From the NCBI GenBank assembly GCA_046051325.1, contig JBJOOK010000005.1:1-36020 (forward strand): a stretch of 36,020 bases of DNA, given 5' to 3'. The notes beneath the pieces are model-generated. The model searched no databases. It saw only the letters and a list, made by a program, of their open reading frames with translations, and was not told where the DNA came from. The DNA is from Actinomycetota bacterium (GTDB lineage: Bacteria > Actinomycetota > Actinomycetes > S36-B12 > UBA5976). A program made the translations under genes and the position numbers. Positions 1 through 8,871 of the stretch are shown here, one piece after another (within the stretch, counting starts at the first letter, position 1; each line of letters opens with the position of its first letter).

Positions 1-291
1 AGTTACAAAAGATGCGCGAGGATCTTGTCTCACAACTCCAACTAGATCTGCAAAATCTCTAGGTGGAAAGTCTTTAATGGAACGACCATTAACTGTTACG
101 TCCCCTGTTAAATCTCCACCGGTAAAACTTGGTACCAGGCCATTGATTAAACCTAAAAGTGTGGATTTTCCTGAACCAGTTTTTCCAACCACAAGAGCAA
201 GCTCTCCGGCAGGAATTGTTAAATTAACATTTTCCAAAATGGGAAAATTTGAACCACTGTATTTAAATGAGACATTTTCAAACTTGATCAT
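1..291 (-). CDS. ABC transporter ATP-binding protein (ECF/CbiO type), N-terminal 97 codons; continues beyond the window edge
   Basis: Absent from the ORF track because it runs off the window. The reverse complement of 1-291 reads MIKFENVSFKYSGSNFPILENVNLTIPAGELALVVGKTGSGKSTLLGLINGL... with Walker A GKTGSGKST. Its ATG (289-291) overlaps the stop of the upstream EcfT-like ORF in an ATGA junction. The + strand ORF 77-325 is its antisense shadow. Confidence 0.85.
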   Translation of the reverse strand, partial: MIKFENVSFKYSGSNFPILENVNLTIPAGELALVVGKTGSGKSTLLGLINGLVPSFTGGDLTGDVTVNGRSIKDFPPRDFADLVGVVRQDPRASFVT

Positions 292-1466
292 GCTGCATTC
301 CTTTGCAATTGTGTATTTGCCCTAAACAAATCACTAACAGCTCTATTGCTCAACGGAGGCTTTGGCGAAAGAGGAATCGCAAGAACGGCCACCCAAATAC
401 TAACTAGCGTGATGAAGTTAATTTGAGGAAAAGATATAGGACTAGTTACAGGATTTAGCACAATTGATTCAGTAAATCTCATTGCTACTAAACCAAAAAA
501 GGCAGATGTAATCACTAATACTTCAGGAATGTGCCATTTATCTGGTCGATAATTAGTGCGAGAAGCATTTTTGCCAGCTAACCACAAGGCAAAAAAGGAT
601 AACGAAATACCAATTAGCATTGTTAGAGTTCCAATATTTGATTGGCTAAATACTCCTAATAACCCAGCAAGACCAAAAAGTATTCCTAAAAGACCCAGCA
701 ACATCAAAATATTTGTAACTCTTCTTTTACTTTCACTTTGATGAATTCGTCTGCCATAACCTCGAGAATCCATGGCTGAGGCTAGCAATAGTGCTCGTTC
801 CATTGCTCCTTCTAATACAGGAACAAAAGTTTTAGCTAGTGCGCGAATCCCATTAGTTTTTCTACCTCTTAAGAATTGTGCATCTCTTACTCTTTTGGCA
901 TCAAAAGCAAGTTGAGGCGCAAATGTTAAAGCAACCACAATTGATAAACCAACTTCATAAAGGGCGGCAGGAATAGATTTCAATAACCTGGTTGGTGATG
1001 CTAAAGATTGAGCTCCACCAATACAAACCAAAATTGTGGCAAGTCTTAGTCCTTCTTGAAAAGCGTAAATAACAGTATTGGCTTCAATTTCGCCACCTAA
1101 TTTAACTCCGACAAAAAAACTAGGTAAATCAATTTGAGGAAGGGTAAATAACAAAGTATCGCCAAAGATATCTGGAGTAATAATTACCAAAAACATACGA
1201 ATCACGATCACTAAACCTGCTGCAATTAAATAGCCTTTGATTGATCTAGACCAAGGCGCATCACTTTTTCTAAATCTGACCACAATTAAAACCACAGCAA
1301 TAATTGAAATTAGCAAAACTGGATTAGTTGTTCCAGCGGCCATTGCAGCTAAAAATATTGCCCATAACCACCAAGCACCAGAATGCAAAAAGCGGTGCTC
1401 AGTTAAAGAAATTGGCTTATGCCATCTGCGGGGGGCAGATGGCATAAGAGTCTTATTAGTTTGCAA
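288..1466 (-). CDS. Energy-coupling-factor transporter transmembrane (T) component, EcfT/CbiQ family, with a multi-TM C-terminal extension of about 130 aa
   Basis: 392-aa polytopic membrane ORF. It carries the paired Arg-rich coupling helices typical of EcfT/CbiQ (AKRVRDAQFLRGRK ... ASAMDSRGYGRR). It is translationally coupled to the ATPase by an ATGA overlap. The start is uncertain: TTG at 1466 or ATG at 1445. Confidence 0.8.
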   Translation of the reverse strand: MQTNKTLMPSAPRRWHKPISLTEHRFLHSGAWWLWAIFLAAMAAGTTNPVLLISIIAVVLIVVRFRKSDAPWSRSIKGYLIAAGLVIVIRMFLVIITPDIFGDTLLFTLPQIDLPSFFVGVKLGGEIEANTVIYAFQEGLRLATILVCIGGAQSLASPTRLLKSIPAALYEVGLSIVVALTFAPQLAFDAKRVRDAQFLRGRKTNGIRALAKTFVPVLEGAMERALLLASAMDSRGYGRRIHQSESKRRVTNILMLLGLLGILFGLAGLLGVFSQSNIGTLTMLIGISLSFFALWLAGKNASRTNYRPDKWHIPEVLVITSAFFGLVAMRFTESIVLNPVTSPISFPQINFITLVSIWVAVLAIPLSPKPPLSNRAVSDLFRANTQLQRNAA

Positions 1467-1471
1467 TTTAA

Positions 1472-2146
1472 TTATTTCTTCTTACGCATTTTCAAAACAA
1501 CTGCAAATGCGACGATAAGAACTGCTGCTAAACCAATCAATTGCACATTGGTATTAGTTGGCTCTTTTACTTCATCAGCTGGGACGTCTACTGTTGGTGT
1601 ATCTTCTGCAGTTGCAATTTCTGTTGGATCAGAAGTTGTTGATGCAATTTCTAAACCACATTCTTCTTTTGGATATCCATTGATGCCACAAACAAAACCA
1701 TCATTGGCTCTAACTTCTAAACCAGCTGCGTTTAGTGCATCTGCTGCAGTTTGTCCTTCAGTAACAGTTACGCACTTAACAACACTTGCAGATGGCGGAG
1801 TTTCACCTTCTGGTGCTGTTGCTTGATCGTTGAAATCAACAACAACTGCAACTCTTAGAGTTCCTGCTTGTTCAGATGTGTCTGGACAAAGTTCTGCAAA
1901 CACTGCACTTTCAGTTGGAGGCAAACCATTGTCTGCTCCAGTGATGGCAAATTTCCAACCAGTAACCATTTGATCTGTTGCTTTTAAAGTGCCAGCACCT
2001 TCATTGGCAAATGACCATGAGTCATTTGTTGTAACCCAAAAAGTCCAATAACGATAATCAGCAGCATTTGCTGGTGTTATTGAAAATAGGGAAGTGAAAA
2101 TACTTGCAATAAAAATTACTGCGATATTTCTTTTTAACTGCTTCAT
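1472..2146 (-). CDS. Exported, C-terminally membrane-anchored protein of unknown function (resembles actinobacterial SCO2322-family proteins found next to EcfT genes)
   Basis: 224-aa ORF with a strong SD (AAGGAGAAACGA-ATG). Signal peptide with an ANA|A cleavage-like site, a mature N-terminus DYRYWTFWV...GWKFAITG, a low-complexity acidic T/P/E linker, and one terminal TM helix followed by KMRKKK. It is the first gene after the cobalamin riboswitch. The family name is from memory and not verified. Confidence 0.65.
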   Translation of the reverse strand: MKQLKRNIAVIFIASIFTSLFSITPANAADYRYWTFWVTTNDSWSFANEGAGTLKATDQMVTGWKFAITGADNGLPPTESAVFAELCPDTSEQAGTLRVAVVVDFNDQATAPEGETPPSASVVKCVTVTEGQTAADALNAAGLEVRANDGFVCGINGYPKEECGLEIASTTSDPTEIATAEDTPTVDVPADEVKEPTNTNVQLIGLAAVLIVAFAVVLKMRKKK

Positions 2147-2208
2147 TCGTTTCTCCTTGTGCTTTTGGCCGTAGGTGAGCGAAATGAGCGAGGCTTAAGA
2201 ATTAAAAA

Positions 2209-2247
2209 TCTAAATACAAAACCCTTTGCATCAATAGATACAAAGGG
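2209..2247 (-). terminator. Intrinsic terminator/attenuator forming the expression platform of the cobalamin riboswitch
   Basis: The minus strand reads CCCTTTG-tatctattgatg-CAAAGGG followed by TTTTGTATTT. This is a 7-bp GC-containing stem plus a U-tract. It lies between the aptamer and the SD of the first gene, about 60 nt upstream of the ATG at 2146. Confidence 0.6.
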
Positions 2248-2311
2248 AAGGTGGATCTAGAAAAACAATCCGGCCTGCCCCGTTTTCCTCGACGGTGCGT
2301 TGGACGACTCA

Positions 2312-2422
2312 TTCCTTGTTAGGTAATCCGACTCGTCATTTGGCACCAAATTTTCATCTGGTGAATGACCCACGGTTGCGGGACAGTGCCGGTATCCGAC
2401 CGACTTCCCCTTTTACAAGGAA
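2312..2422 (-). promoter_or_regulatory. Cobalamin (B12) riboswitch aptamer
   Basis: The minus strand reads TTCCTTGTAAAAGGGGAAGTCGGTCGGATACCGGCACTGTCCCGCAACCGTGGG...GACGAGTCGGATTACCTAACAAGGAA. It contains the conserved GGGAAG..GGT...CCGGCACTGTCCCGCAAC core and a B12-box-like AGTCGGATTACCT. An 8-bp closing helix pairs TTCCTTGT with ACAAGGAA (2415-2422 with 2312-2319). Recognised by eye; no covariance model was run. Confidence 0.8.
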
Positions 2423-2573
2423 CAGGTTTTCTTGCGTAAAAGACAACTTACATGGGAACACTGCATCCCAGTCAATGGCAAAGAGGTGGTGAGTTGTGAA
2501 ACTATTTATATAGAGAAGCCAAGTTGTCGCGGGGGCACACTTGAATTTTCTCTAAGAGCAGGAGAAAGTCAAA

Positions 2574-2786
2574 ATGGCATTTACCTGGGTTTATTTAGAT
2601 GAAGCAGGAAAACCAGTTGCAGACTTACCAAAAGAAGCAGTGATCGCAGAATTTAAAACCAGAGCAGAAGCTGAAAGCTGGTTGACCACGAATTGGAAAA
2701 GTTTATTAAGTGGCGGAGTACATCAAGTATCTCTGTGGGATGGAACTGAATTGGCCATGGAAAACATGAGCCTTCATCCAGCTTAA
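2574..2786 (+). CDS. Small hypothetical protein (70 aa)
   Basis: ORF preceded by AGGAGA 8 nt upstream of the ATG. Soluble, acidic sequence with no motif I recognise. Confidence 0.55.
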   Translation: MAFTWVYLDEAGKPVADLPKEAVIAEFKTRAEAESWLTTNWKSLLSGGVHQVSLWDGTELAMENMSLHPA

Positions 2787-2790
2787 AAAA

Positions 2791-3315
2791 TTACTTAAAT
2801 TCTTTTGGCGCTCCACCAATTTTTACAATTGATGGCGGAATACGTAATTGTCTTAATTGCAATGCACGCATAAGGCCATAAAAAACTGCCCCTTTTCTTT
2901 CCTTTGGATCTGAGTAAGTTGCATTGATTTCTTTTTTAATTTTTAATCCCAACAAAACTTCATCAAGCAATGTGCCAAGCATCATTACTAACCACAGGAA
3001 ATAAACAACTCGAGCAATTGTTGGATTGGGTATTAAAGATAGAACTAAAACAATTAAAGCTAAAGGTAGGAATAATTCACCAAAGTGCCAACGAGAATCA
3101 ACCAGGTTTCTTACATGTCTTCTGACTGGACCTTTATCTCTAAACGGCATAGCCCATTCTTCGCCTCGGTTCATTGCTAAACGAGTTTCTAATCTTTGCT
3201 CGCGAGCACGTTGACGAACGGCTACTTTTGCTTCTTTGGAATCTTTAGGAACTTTCAAAGCTTTCTTACGCGCAGCTTCGGCGTCTTTGCGTTTAGGAGT
3301 TGGTTCTGATTTCAT
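2791..3315 (-). CDS. DUF3043-like membrane protein
   Basis: 174 aa. Lys/Arg-rich N-terminus (TPKRKDAEAARKKALK...) followed by two TM helices, an architecture I associate with actinobacterial DUF3043. Confidence 0.65.
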   Translation of the reverse strand: MKSEPTPKRKDAEAARKKALKVPKDSKEAKVAVRQRAREQRLETRLAMNRGEEWAMPFRDKGPVRRHVRNLVDSRWHFGELFLPLALIVLVLSLIPNPTIARVVYFLWLVMMLGTLLDEVLLGLKIKKEINATYSDPKERKGAVFYGLMRALQLRQLRIPPSIVKIGGAPKEFK

Positions 3316-3342
3316 AATTGTTTTCTAGGTTAGCAGGTTTTG

Positions 3343-4515
3343 TTATGCCCCTGGCAAGGCCAACATTTGATTGAGGGCGATGCGGGCATAGGCCTTGGTA
3401 TCTTGGTCAACTTTGATCTGATTAACAACATTTCCATTTACTAGATTTTCTAAAGAGGCAACTAAATGGGGTAAATCAATTCTGTTCATGGTGGAGCAAT
3501 AGCAAATTGTTTTATCTAGAAAGGAAATGTTTTTATCAGGAAATTCTCGAGCAAGGCGTCTAACCAGATTTAGTTCTGTTCCAACTGCCCAACTAGTTCC
3601 TGGCCTTGAGGCTTTAATAGTCCTAATAATTCCTTCAGTAGATGCCACCACGTCAGCTGCTTCTGCTACTTCATTGACGCATTCTGGATGAACAATGATT
3701 TTTACATCCTTTATGCGCTCCCTTACGTCCATTACTGATTTCATATTGAATCTGGCATGAACTGAGCAGTGACCTTTCCACAGAATCATTTTGGCGTTTA
3801 CAAGTTCAGCATCAGTTAAACCACCGCGAGGTTTTAAGGGATTAAAAACTACGCAGTCTTCCTTTTTTAATCCAAGTTTCATCACAGCAGTATTTCTACC
3901 TAAATGTTGATCAGGTAAAAACAAAACTCTTTCACCTTTGGCAAAAGACCATTCCAAAGCTTTTTGAGCATTGGATGATGTACAAACTGTGCCACCATTT
4001 TTTCCAGTAAAACCTTTAATTGCTGCAGTTGAATTCATGTAAACAACTGGCACGGTTGTTTTTGCAATTCCTAAATCTTCTAGTACTGACCAACAAGTTT
4101 CTACTTGGCTAATTTCAGCCATATCAGCCATAGAGCAACCAGCTGCTAAATCTGGCAGGATTACGTTTTGCAAATCAGTGGTAAGAATGTCGGCACTTTC
4201 GGCCATGAAATGAACACCGCAAAAAACTATGTAATCAGCATTTGGTCTTGCTGCTGCATCTTTTGCTAATTTGAATGAATCTCCAGTGGTATCAGCAAAT
4301 TGAATTACTTCATCTCTTTGATAGTGATGGCCCAAAATAAATAAACGATCACCTAGTTTTTCTTTGGCAACTAGAGCTCGCTCTACTAAATCAGGGGCAG
4401 AAGCTTTGGGTAATTCACCAGGGCACTCCACACCTTTTTCAGTGTCGGAATCGGAAAAATTTCCTAAAAGATGCAACAAAGGTGTTGGTGAAGGTTCAGT
4501 CCAAGTTGGTGCCAT
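3343..4515 (-). CDS. nadA: Quinolinate synthase NadA
   Basis: 390 aa with NadA-like blocks: FILGHHYQRDEV, FCGVHFMAESADIL, VYMNSTAAIKG, KGHCSVH, IVHPEC, CYCSTMNRI (Fe-S cysteines). Confidence 0.9.
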   Translation of the reverse strand: MAPTWTEPSPTPLLHLLGNFSDSDTEKGVECPGELPKASAPDLVERALVAKEKLGDRLFILGHHYQRDEVIQFADTTGDSFKLAKDAAARPNADYIVFCGVHFMAESADILTTDLQNVILPDLAAGCSMADMAEISQVETCWSVLEDLGIAKTTVPVVYMNSTAAIKGFTGKNGGTVCTSSNAQKALEWSFAKGERVLFLPDQHLGRNTAVMKLGLKKEDCVVFNPLKPRGGLTDAELVNAKMILWKGHCSVHARFNMKSVMDVRERIKDVKIIVHPECVNEVAEAADVVASTEGIIRTIKASRPGTSWAVGTELNLVRRLAREFPDKNISFLDKTICYCSTMNRIDLPHLVASLENLVNGNVVNQIKVDQDTKAYARIALNQMLALPGA

Positions 4516-4524
4516 ATACCAATC

Positions 4525-5574
4525 GTGTCATGTTCTACTAATGTTCGCGAGGTGCGCATAGTTATTGCCCCCGATTCATTTACTGGGACCCTGACAGCAG
4601 CCCAGGCTGCTTTGGCTATCAAAACTGGTTGGGAAAAAACCAGCAAAGCCGATTTCTTTTTGGCACCAATGAGTGATGGTGGTCCAGGTTTTATTGACGC
4701 CATTGAATTTGGTTTTGGGGGAACTAAAACTCATCACCACGTCACAGGTTTAGAAGGAACTCAAATTACCGCCCCACTTTTAATAGTCGGAAAAACTGCT
4801 TACATTGAATCTCATTTAATTGTTGGCCCACAACTAATCACTAAAGAGCCAAGAACGCCAGAGAAATACACCTCTCGTGGCATTGGTGAATTAATCAATA
4901 TTGCTTTAAAAGAAGATTGCCAAACCATATTTGTAGGAGTTGGTGGAACAGCTTCAATTGATGCTGGAGTTGGAATCCTAGAAGTTGTCGATAAAGAAAA
5001 ACTAAACGATGTGGAATTAATTGCTGCAACTGATGTTGATGTTTTGTTACTAGGAAACAGAGGAGCTGCTAAAGGTTTTGGTGAACAAAAAGGTGCCAGC
5101 AAAGAATTAATTGACCAACTAGAAGCAAAACATCAAGAACTGGCAAAAAATACTCCTAAAAGAAAAGATAAAAAAGATGCAGCAGTGATGCTAGGAGCTG
5201 GAGCTGGTGGGGGAATTGGTTTTGCGCTTATGGCACTTGGTGCAAATCGTGTTAGTGGATTAGAACTTGTTACAGAATCTTTTGATCTGGCAAATGAAAT
5301 AGCAAATAGTGATTTAGTAATAACAGGTGAAGGCAAACTTGATTGGCAAACCTTAAGAGGAAAAGTAATTACGGGTGTGGCAGAAATTGCTACTGAAAGT
5401 GCTATTTCATGTTTGGCTCTTTGTGGTCAAGTAATTGCAGGTAAAAGAGAATTGGCAGCTGCTGGAATTGTTGGGGCTTATGGCTGCATCGAAGAAGGCG
5501 AAGAATTACCCGATGACCCATTTATGGCCCTGGTTTTCCTCGCGGAGCGGGTCAGCAGGACATGGTCGCAATAA
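4525..5574 (+). CDS. Glycerate kinase
   Basis: 349 aa with VRIVIAPDSFTGTLTAAQAA at the N-terminus and LVITGEGKLDWQTLRGKV, both characteristic of the glycerate kinase family. The start could be ATG 4525 or GTG 4552. The longest ORFs leave only 9 bp to the divergent nadA. Confidence 0.8.
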   Translation: MSCSTNVREVRIVIAPDSFTGTLTAAQAALAIKTGWEKTSKADFFLAPMSDGGPGFIDAIEFGFGGTKTHHHVTGLEGTQITAPLLIVGKTAYIESHLIVGPQLITKEPRTPEKYTSRGIGELINIALKEDCQTIFVGVGGTASIDAGVGILEVVDKEKLNDVELIAATDVDVLLLGNRGAAKGFGEQKGASKELIDQLEAKHQELAKNTPKRKDKKDAAVMLGAGAGGGIGFALMALGANRVSGLELVTESFDLANEIANSDLVITGEGKLDWQTLRGKVITGVAEIATESAISCLALCGQVIAGKRELAAAGIVGAYGCIEEGEELPDDPFMALVFLAERVSRTWSQ

Positions 5575-5608
5575 CGTGGCAATATAGATAGTGAAGGAAA
5601 GGTAAAAC

Positions 5609-5956
5609 ATGACCGCAGAAACCACAAACACCCAAGGTGTTTCATTAACCGATTTTGCAACAACAAAAGTTCGTACTCTTTTGAGTCAAGAAGGAAGAGA
5701 TGATTTAGCTCTTCGAATTGCTGTGCAACCAGGTGGATGTTCCGGCATGCGTTACCAATTATTTTTTGACGATCGCTCCCTAGAAGGAGATGCCACACAC
5801 GCTTTTGGTGATGTGAAAGTAGTGGTAGACAAAATGAGTGTTCCGTATCTAATGGGTGCAACTATTGATTTTGTTGACACTATTGAGAAACAAGGTTTCA
5901 CGATTGATAATCCAAACGCCGGGGGATCCTGTGCGTGCGGTGATTCTTTCCACTAA
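5609..5956 (+). CDS. HesB/IscA/ErpA-type iron-sulfur cluster insertion protein
   Basis: 115 aa with GGCSGMRYQL and a C-terminal CACGDSFH, the three conserved Cys of A-type carriers. SD GAAGGAAAGG lies upstream. Confidence 0.9.
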   Translation: MTAETTNTQGVSLTDFATTKVRTLLSQEGRDDLALRIAVQPGGCSGMRYQLFFDDRSLEGDATHAFGDVKVVVDKMSVPYLMGATIDFVDTIEKQGFTIDNPNAGGSCACGDSFH

Positions 5957-5995
5957 ATCTTTCTTTTCCTTAAATAATCACTATTCTTTCTAATT

Positions 5996-6979
5996 GTGAC
6001 TTTAAATATTGCAATCACTGGCTCTATTGCCACAGATCATTTAATGCGTTTTCCTGGAAAATTTACTGACTCTTTAGTTGCAGACAAATTAGATCACGTT
6101 TCGCTATCTTTCTTAGTTGATGATTTACAAATTAGACGAGGTGGCGTTGGAGCTAACGTTGCTTTCGCTATGGGCAAAATGGGACTTCGCCCAATTTTGG
6201 TTGGAGCTGTTGGAAAAGATTTTGCTGAATATAGATCTTGGTTAGAAAGACACAATGTTGATTGTGAATCAATTCATTACAGTGAAGAAAAACATACCGC
6301 CAGATTTGTGTGCACCACAGATGAAGTTGCTAATCAAATAGCATCTTTTTATCCAGGTGCAATGAGTGAATCTAACCAAATTGAATTAGGTCCAGTAATT
6401 GATCGTTTAGGAAAAATAGATTTTGTTTTCATTGGCCCAAGTGATCCTGAAGCCATGATTAAACACACTGAAGAAGCAAAACAAAGAAAAATTGCATTCA
6501 TAGCTGATCCAAGTCAACAAATGGCTCGCATGGATGGAAAACAAATTGCTCAATTAATTGATGGTGCTGAGTATCTATTTATGAATGAATACGAATCTTC
6601 TTTAATTGAAAAGAAAGTCGGTTGGAACACTGATGAATTGATGAAAAGAGTTGGCACCGTTGTTACAACTCTGGGAGCAAAAGGTGCCCGCATTCAAAGC
6701 AAACATGAAACAATTGCCACAGTTGCTTGTCCACCAGAGGCCGAAAGAATTGATCCAACTGGTGTGGGAGATTCATTTAGAGCAGGTTATTTAGCAGCAC
6801 ATTCATGGGGATTAATTCCTGAGCGTTGTGCTCAGGTTGGTTCCATGCTTGCAACCTATGTAATTGAAACAGTGGGAACGCAAGAATATTCATTTACCAA
6901 TACCGAATTTGTCCAAAGATTCTCATCATTTTATGGTGCAAGTGCAGCCAGTGAAATTGAAAAACATTTAGTTAAATAA
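5996..6979 (+). CDS. PfkB-family carbohydrate/nucleoside kinase (adenosine-kinase-like)
   Basis: 327 aa with GGVGANVA and the DPTGVGDSFRAGYL anion-hole motif. GTG start. Its position near HesB and ctaC mirrors the mycobacterial adoK neighbourhood (from memory). Confidence 0.8.
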   Translation: MTLNIAITGSIATDHLMRFPGKFTDSLVADKLDHVSLSFLVDDLQIRRGGVGANVAFAMGKMGLRPILVGAVGKDFAEYRSWLERHNVDCESIHYSEEKHTARFVCTTDEVANQIASFYPGAMSESNQIELGPVIDRLGKIDFVFIGPSDPEAMIKHTEEAKQRKIAFIADPSQQMARMDGKQIAQLIDGAEYLFMNEYESSLIEKKVGWNTDELMKRVGTVVTTLGAKGARIQSKHETIATVACPPEAERIDPTGVGDSFRAGYLAAHSWGLIPERCAQVGSMLATYVIETVGTQEYSFTNTEFVQRFSSFYGASAASEIEKHLVK

Positions 6980-6983
6980 CTTT

Positions 6984-7649
6984 ATGCCCACACCGCTTGA
7001 ACCTTCGGTTTGGGATTTTCCAACGCTAGAGCAAATGCCTAAAGATGATTTAGTGATTTTGGGTGCTGATTTAAAACCAGAGACAGTGATTGATTCTTAC
7101 AAGCATGGGATTTTTCCTATGCACATCGAAGTAGCAAACAAACGACAAATTGGTTGGTGGTCACCACAACAACGAGGAATTTTACCTTTGAACAAAATAA
7201 ATATTTCCAAATCTTTACAAAAATCAATGAAGAAGTTTCAAGTTACTTTCGATCAAGCTTTTGATCAAGTAATAGAGGGCTGCGGGGATGACAAAAGACC
7301 ACAAGGCTGGATCAATAAAGAAATAAAGATTGCCTATAAGAAACTATTTGACTTAGGTTATGTGCATTCAGTTGAAGTATGGAATAAGAATGATGAACTA
7401 GTTGGTGGACTGTATGGCGTGGAAGTTAGAGGATTGTTTGCTGGAGAGTCAATGTTTCATAAAGAAACTGATGCTTCCAAAACTGCCATGGTTTATTTAG
7501 TGAACAGATTGAAAGAAGCTGGGGGAGAAAGAATTTTTGATGTGCAATGGCAAACCCCTCACTTAAAGTCTATGGGAGTTATAAAAATTCCTAGAAGCAA
7601 ATATCTTTCACTTCTTCCAGAAGTGATGAAAACTAAACCTGCTTTTTAA
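6984..7649 (+). CDS. aat: Leucyl/phenylalanyl-tRNA--protein transferase
   Basis: 221 aa with GWWSPQQRGILPL, VEVWNKNDELVGGLYGV and FAGESMFHK, which are L/F-transferase signature blocks. Confidence 0.85.
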   Translation: MPTPLEPSVWDFPTLEQMPKDDLVILGADLKPETVIDSYKHGIFPMHIEVANKRQIGWWSPQQRGILPLNKINISKSLQKSMKKFQVTFDQAFDQVIEGCGDDKRPQGWINKEIKIAYKKLFDLGYVHSVEVWNKNDELVGGLYGVEVRGLFAGESMFHKETDASKTAMVYLVNRLKEAGGERIFDVQWQTPHLKSMGVIKIPRSKYLSLLPEVMKTKPAF

Positions 7650-8776
7650 ATTCCTGCAGATTCTTTTAATTCTTTCATAGTTTCATTCAAAGCTTTTACG
7701 AAATCTAAAATATCTGCATCATTAGCATTAAATGGTAAAGAAATTCTTATATTGATTTGTCCCTCAAAACCCATAGCAGCTAAAACATGAGAAGGTTTAA
7801 CTTGATCAGGAGTGCAAGATGAACCACTGGAAATTGCAAAACCTCTCTTACTTAAACCACTAACTAAAGCTTCTCCATCTATGTTTTTAATTACTGCTGC
7901 TAAAACATGAGGAACTCTTGCAACAGGATCACCTAAAAGAGTTATGTCTAAATTACTAGAAAGCAATTGCCTTAGTTCATTTATTAGAGTTCCAAGAGAT
8001 TTGGCAATGTCAGATCTATTTAAGGTAATTTCTTCAAGGCTTGCTCCAATTGCCACAGCATGAGGAATAGAAACGTTATTAGAGAATTTATGATTTTCTC
8101 GTCCATCGTCTAACAGAATTGATTTAAATCTCACATTTCTTTTCACAACTAAAATATCAATTCCAATTGGAGCCCCCCAGGTAGCAGGTTTAAGAAGTAA
8201 TACATCCCAATCACTTCCGAGATTTACTAAACCAGCCGTCATGGTTGCATCTACAAATAGCGGAATATTTAATTCTTGACATTTTTTATAAATTGGATTT
8301 AGTGGTTGCTGGGTCCCGACTTCATGGTTGGCAAATTGCAAAACTGCTAAACCTGGTTTATTAGTTGCAAGGGAATCAATAAATTGGCTTTCATTAACTC
8401 GGGCGAATTTATCAACTGGAATTTCAAAAGTTGTAAAGTCTTTTAATCTTTCAATTATTGCTTTTTGTTCCACTGCGGAATAAATCACTGTTTTGTTATC
8501 CAAGGCTTTAAGTAGTCCACTAATTGTTAAATCAATTCCAGCATTTCCAGAAGGAATAAATGAGACCTCATCTGGATTAACTTTCAATCTTGCAGCAATT
8601 GAAGCTCTGGCACTATCAAGAAGGAGACGAGCAGAACGAGAATCGTGATAGAGCTTGGTTGGATCAACAAAGGCATAGTCAGGAAGAGATCCCAAGGCTT
8701 TTTTTGCTGCAGGGTGAATTGGATGAGAACTTAAAGAGTCGAAGTTGTGCGTATGTGCACTTGTGCTTGAAGACAT
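7646..8776 (-). CDS. Class V aminotransferase / cysteine desulfurase-like protein
   Basis: 376 aa with ANHEVGTQQP and ISSGSSCTPDQVKPSHVLAAMG (NifS/IscS-like active-site Cys loop). Its stop overlaps the aat stop in a TTAA. Confidence 0.75.
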   Translation of the reverse strand: MSSSTSAHTHNFDSLSSHPIHPAAKKALGSLPDYAFVDPTKLYHDSRSARLLLDSARASIAARLKVNPDEVSFIPSGNAGIDLTISGLLKALDNKTVIYSAVEQKAIIERLKDFTTFEIPVDKFARVNESQFIDSLATNKPGLAVLQFANHEVGTQQPLNPIYKKCQELNIPLFVDATMTAGLVNLGSDWDVLLLKPATWGAPIGIDILVVKRNVRFKSILLDDGRENHKFSNNVSIPHAVAIGASLEEITLNRSDIAKSLGTLINELRQLLSSNLDITLLGDPVARVPHVLAAVIKNIDGEALVSGLSKRGFAISSGSSCTPDQVKPSHVLAAMGFEGQINIRISLPFNANDADILDFVKALNETMKELKESAGI

Positions 8777-8871
8777 GTGTCAAACGTTACTTGCCCTTGT
8801 TTTCCTCACAAAGCCTTGAGTGCACTAACCTCTTATATATACAGTGCAATCCTGAAGGAGAACTTGGTTTC

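Noticed and set aside
77-325. 82-aa + strand ORF at the window start
   Set aside because: It is the antisense shadow of the ABC ATPase N-terminus, whose Walker A motif reads clearly on the minus strand.
1419-1826. 135-aa + strand ORF, with similar antisense ORFs at 1237-1518, 5478-5861, 12538-13008, 18607-19047, 19299-19679, 20978-21295, 32876-33199, 33149-33436 and 34435-34671
   Set aside because: All lie fully inside, and antisense or out of frame to, well-supported genes with recognisable motifs. They have low-complexity or biased composition and no SD.
2295-2492. 65-aa + strand ORF in the 2147-2573 gap
   Set aside because: It lies antisense to the cobalamin riboswitch, has no SD and has Arg/Pro/Ser-rich junk-like composition.
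4516-4524. A 9-bp gap between divergent nadA and glycerate kinase as a possible shared or leaderless promoter oddity
   Set aside because: Start codons are uncertain (a GTG at 4552 is possible for the kinase) and I see no clear promoter hexamers. The evidence is too thin to report as a finding.
8590-8871. Long N-terminal extension of ctaC on the ORF track
   Set aside because: It overlaps the 5' end of the divergent cysteine-desulfurase-like gene. A GTG with an SD and a lipoprotein signal peptide at 8872 gives a normal-length CtaC.
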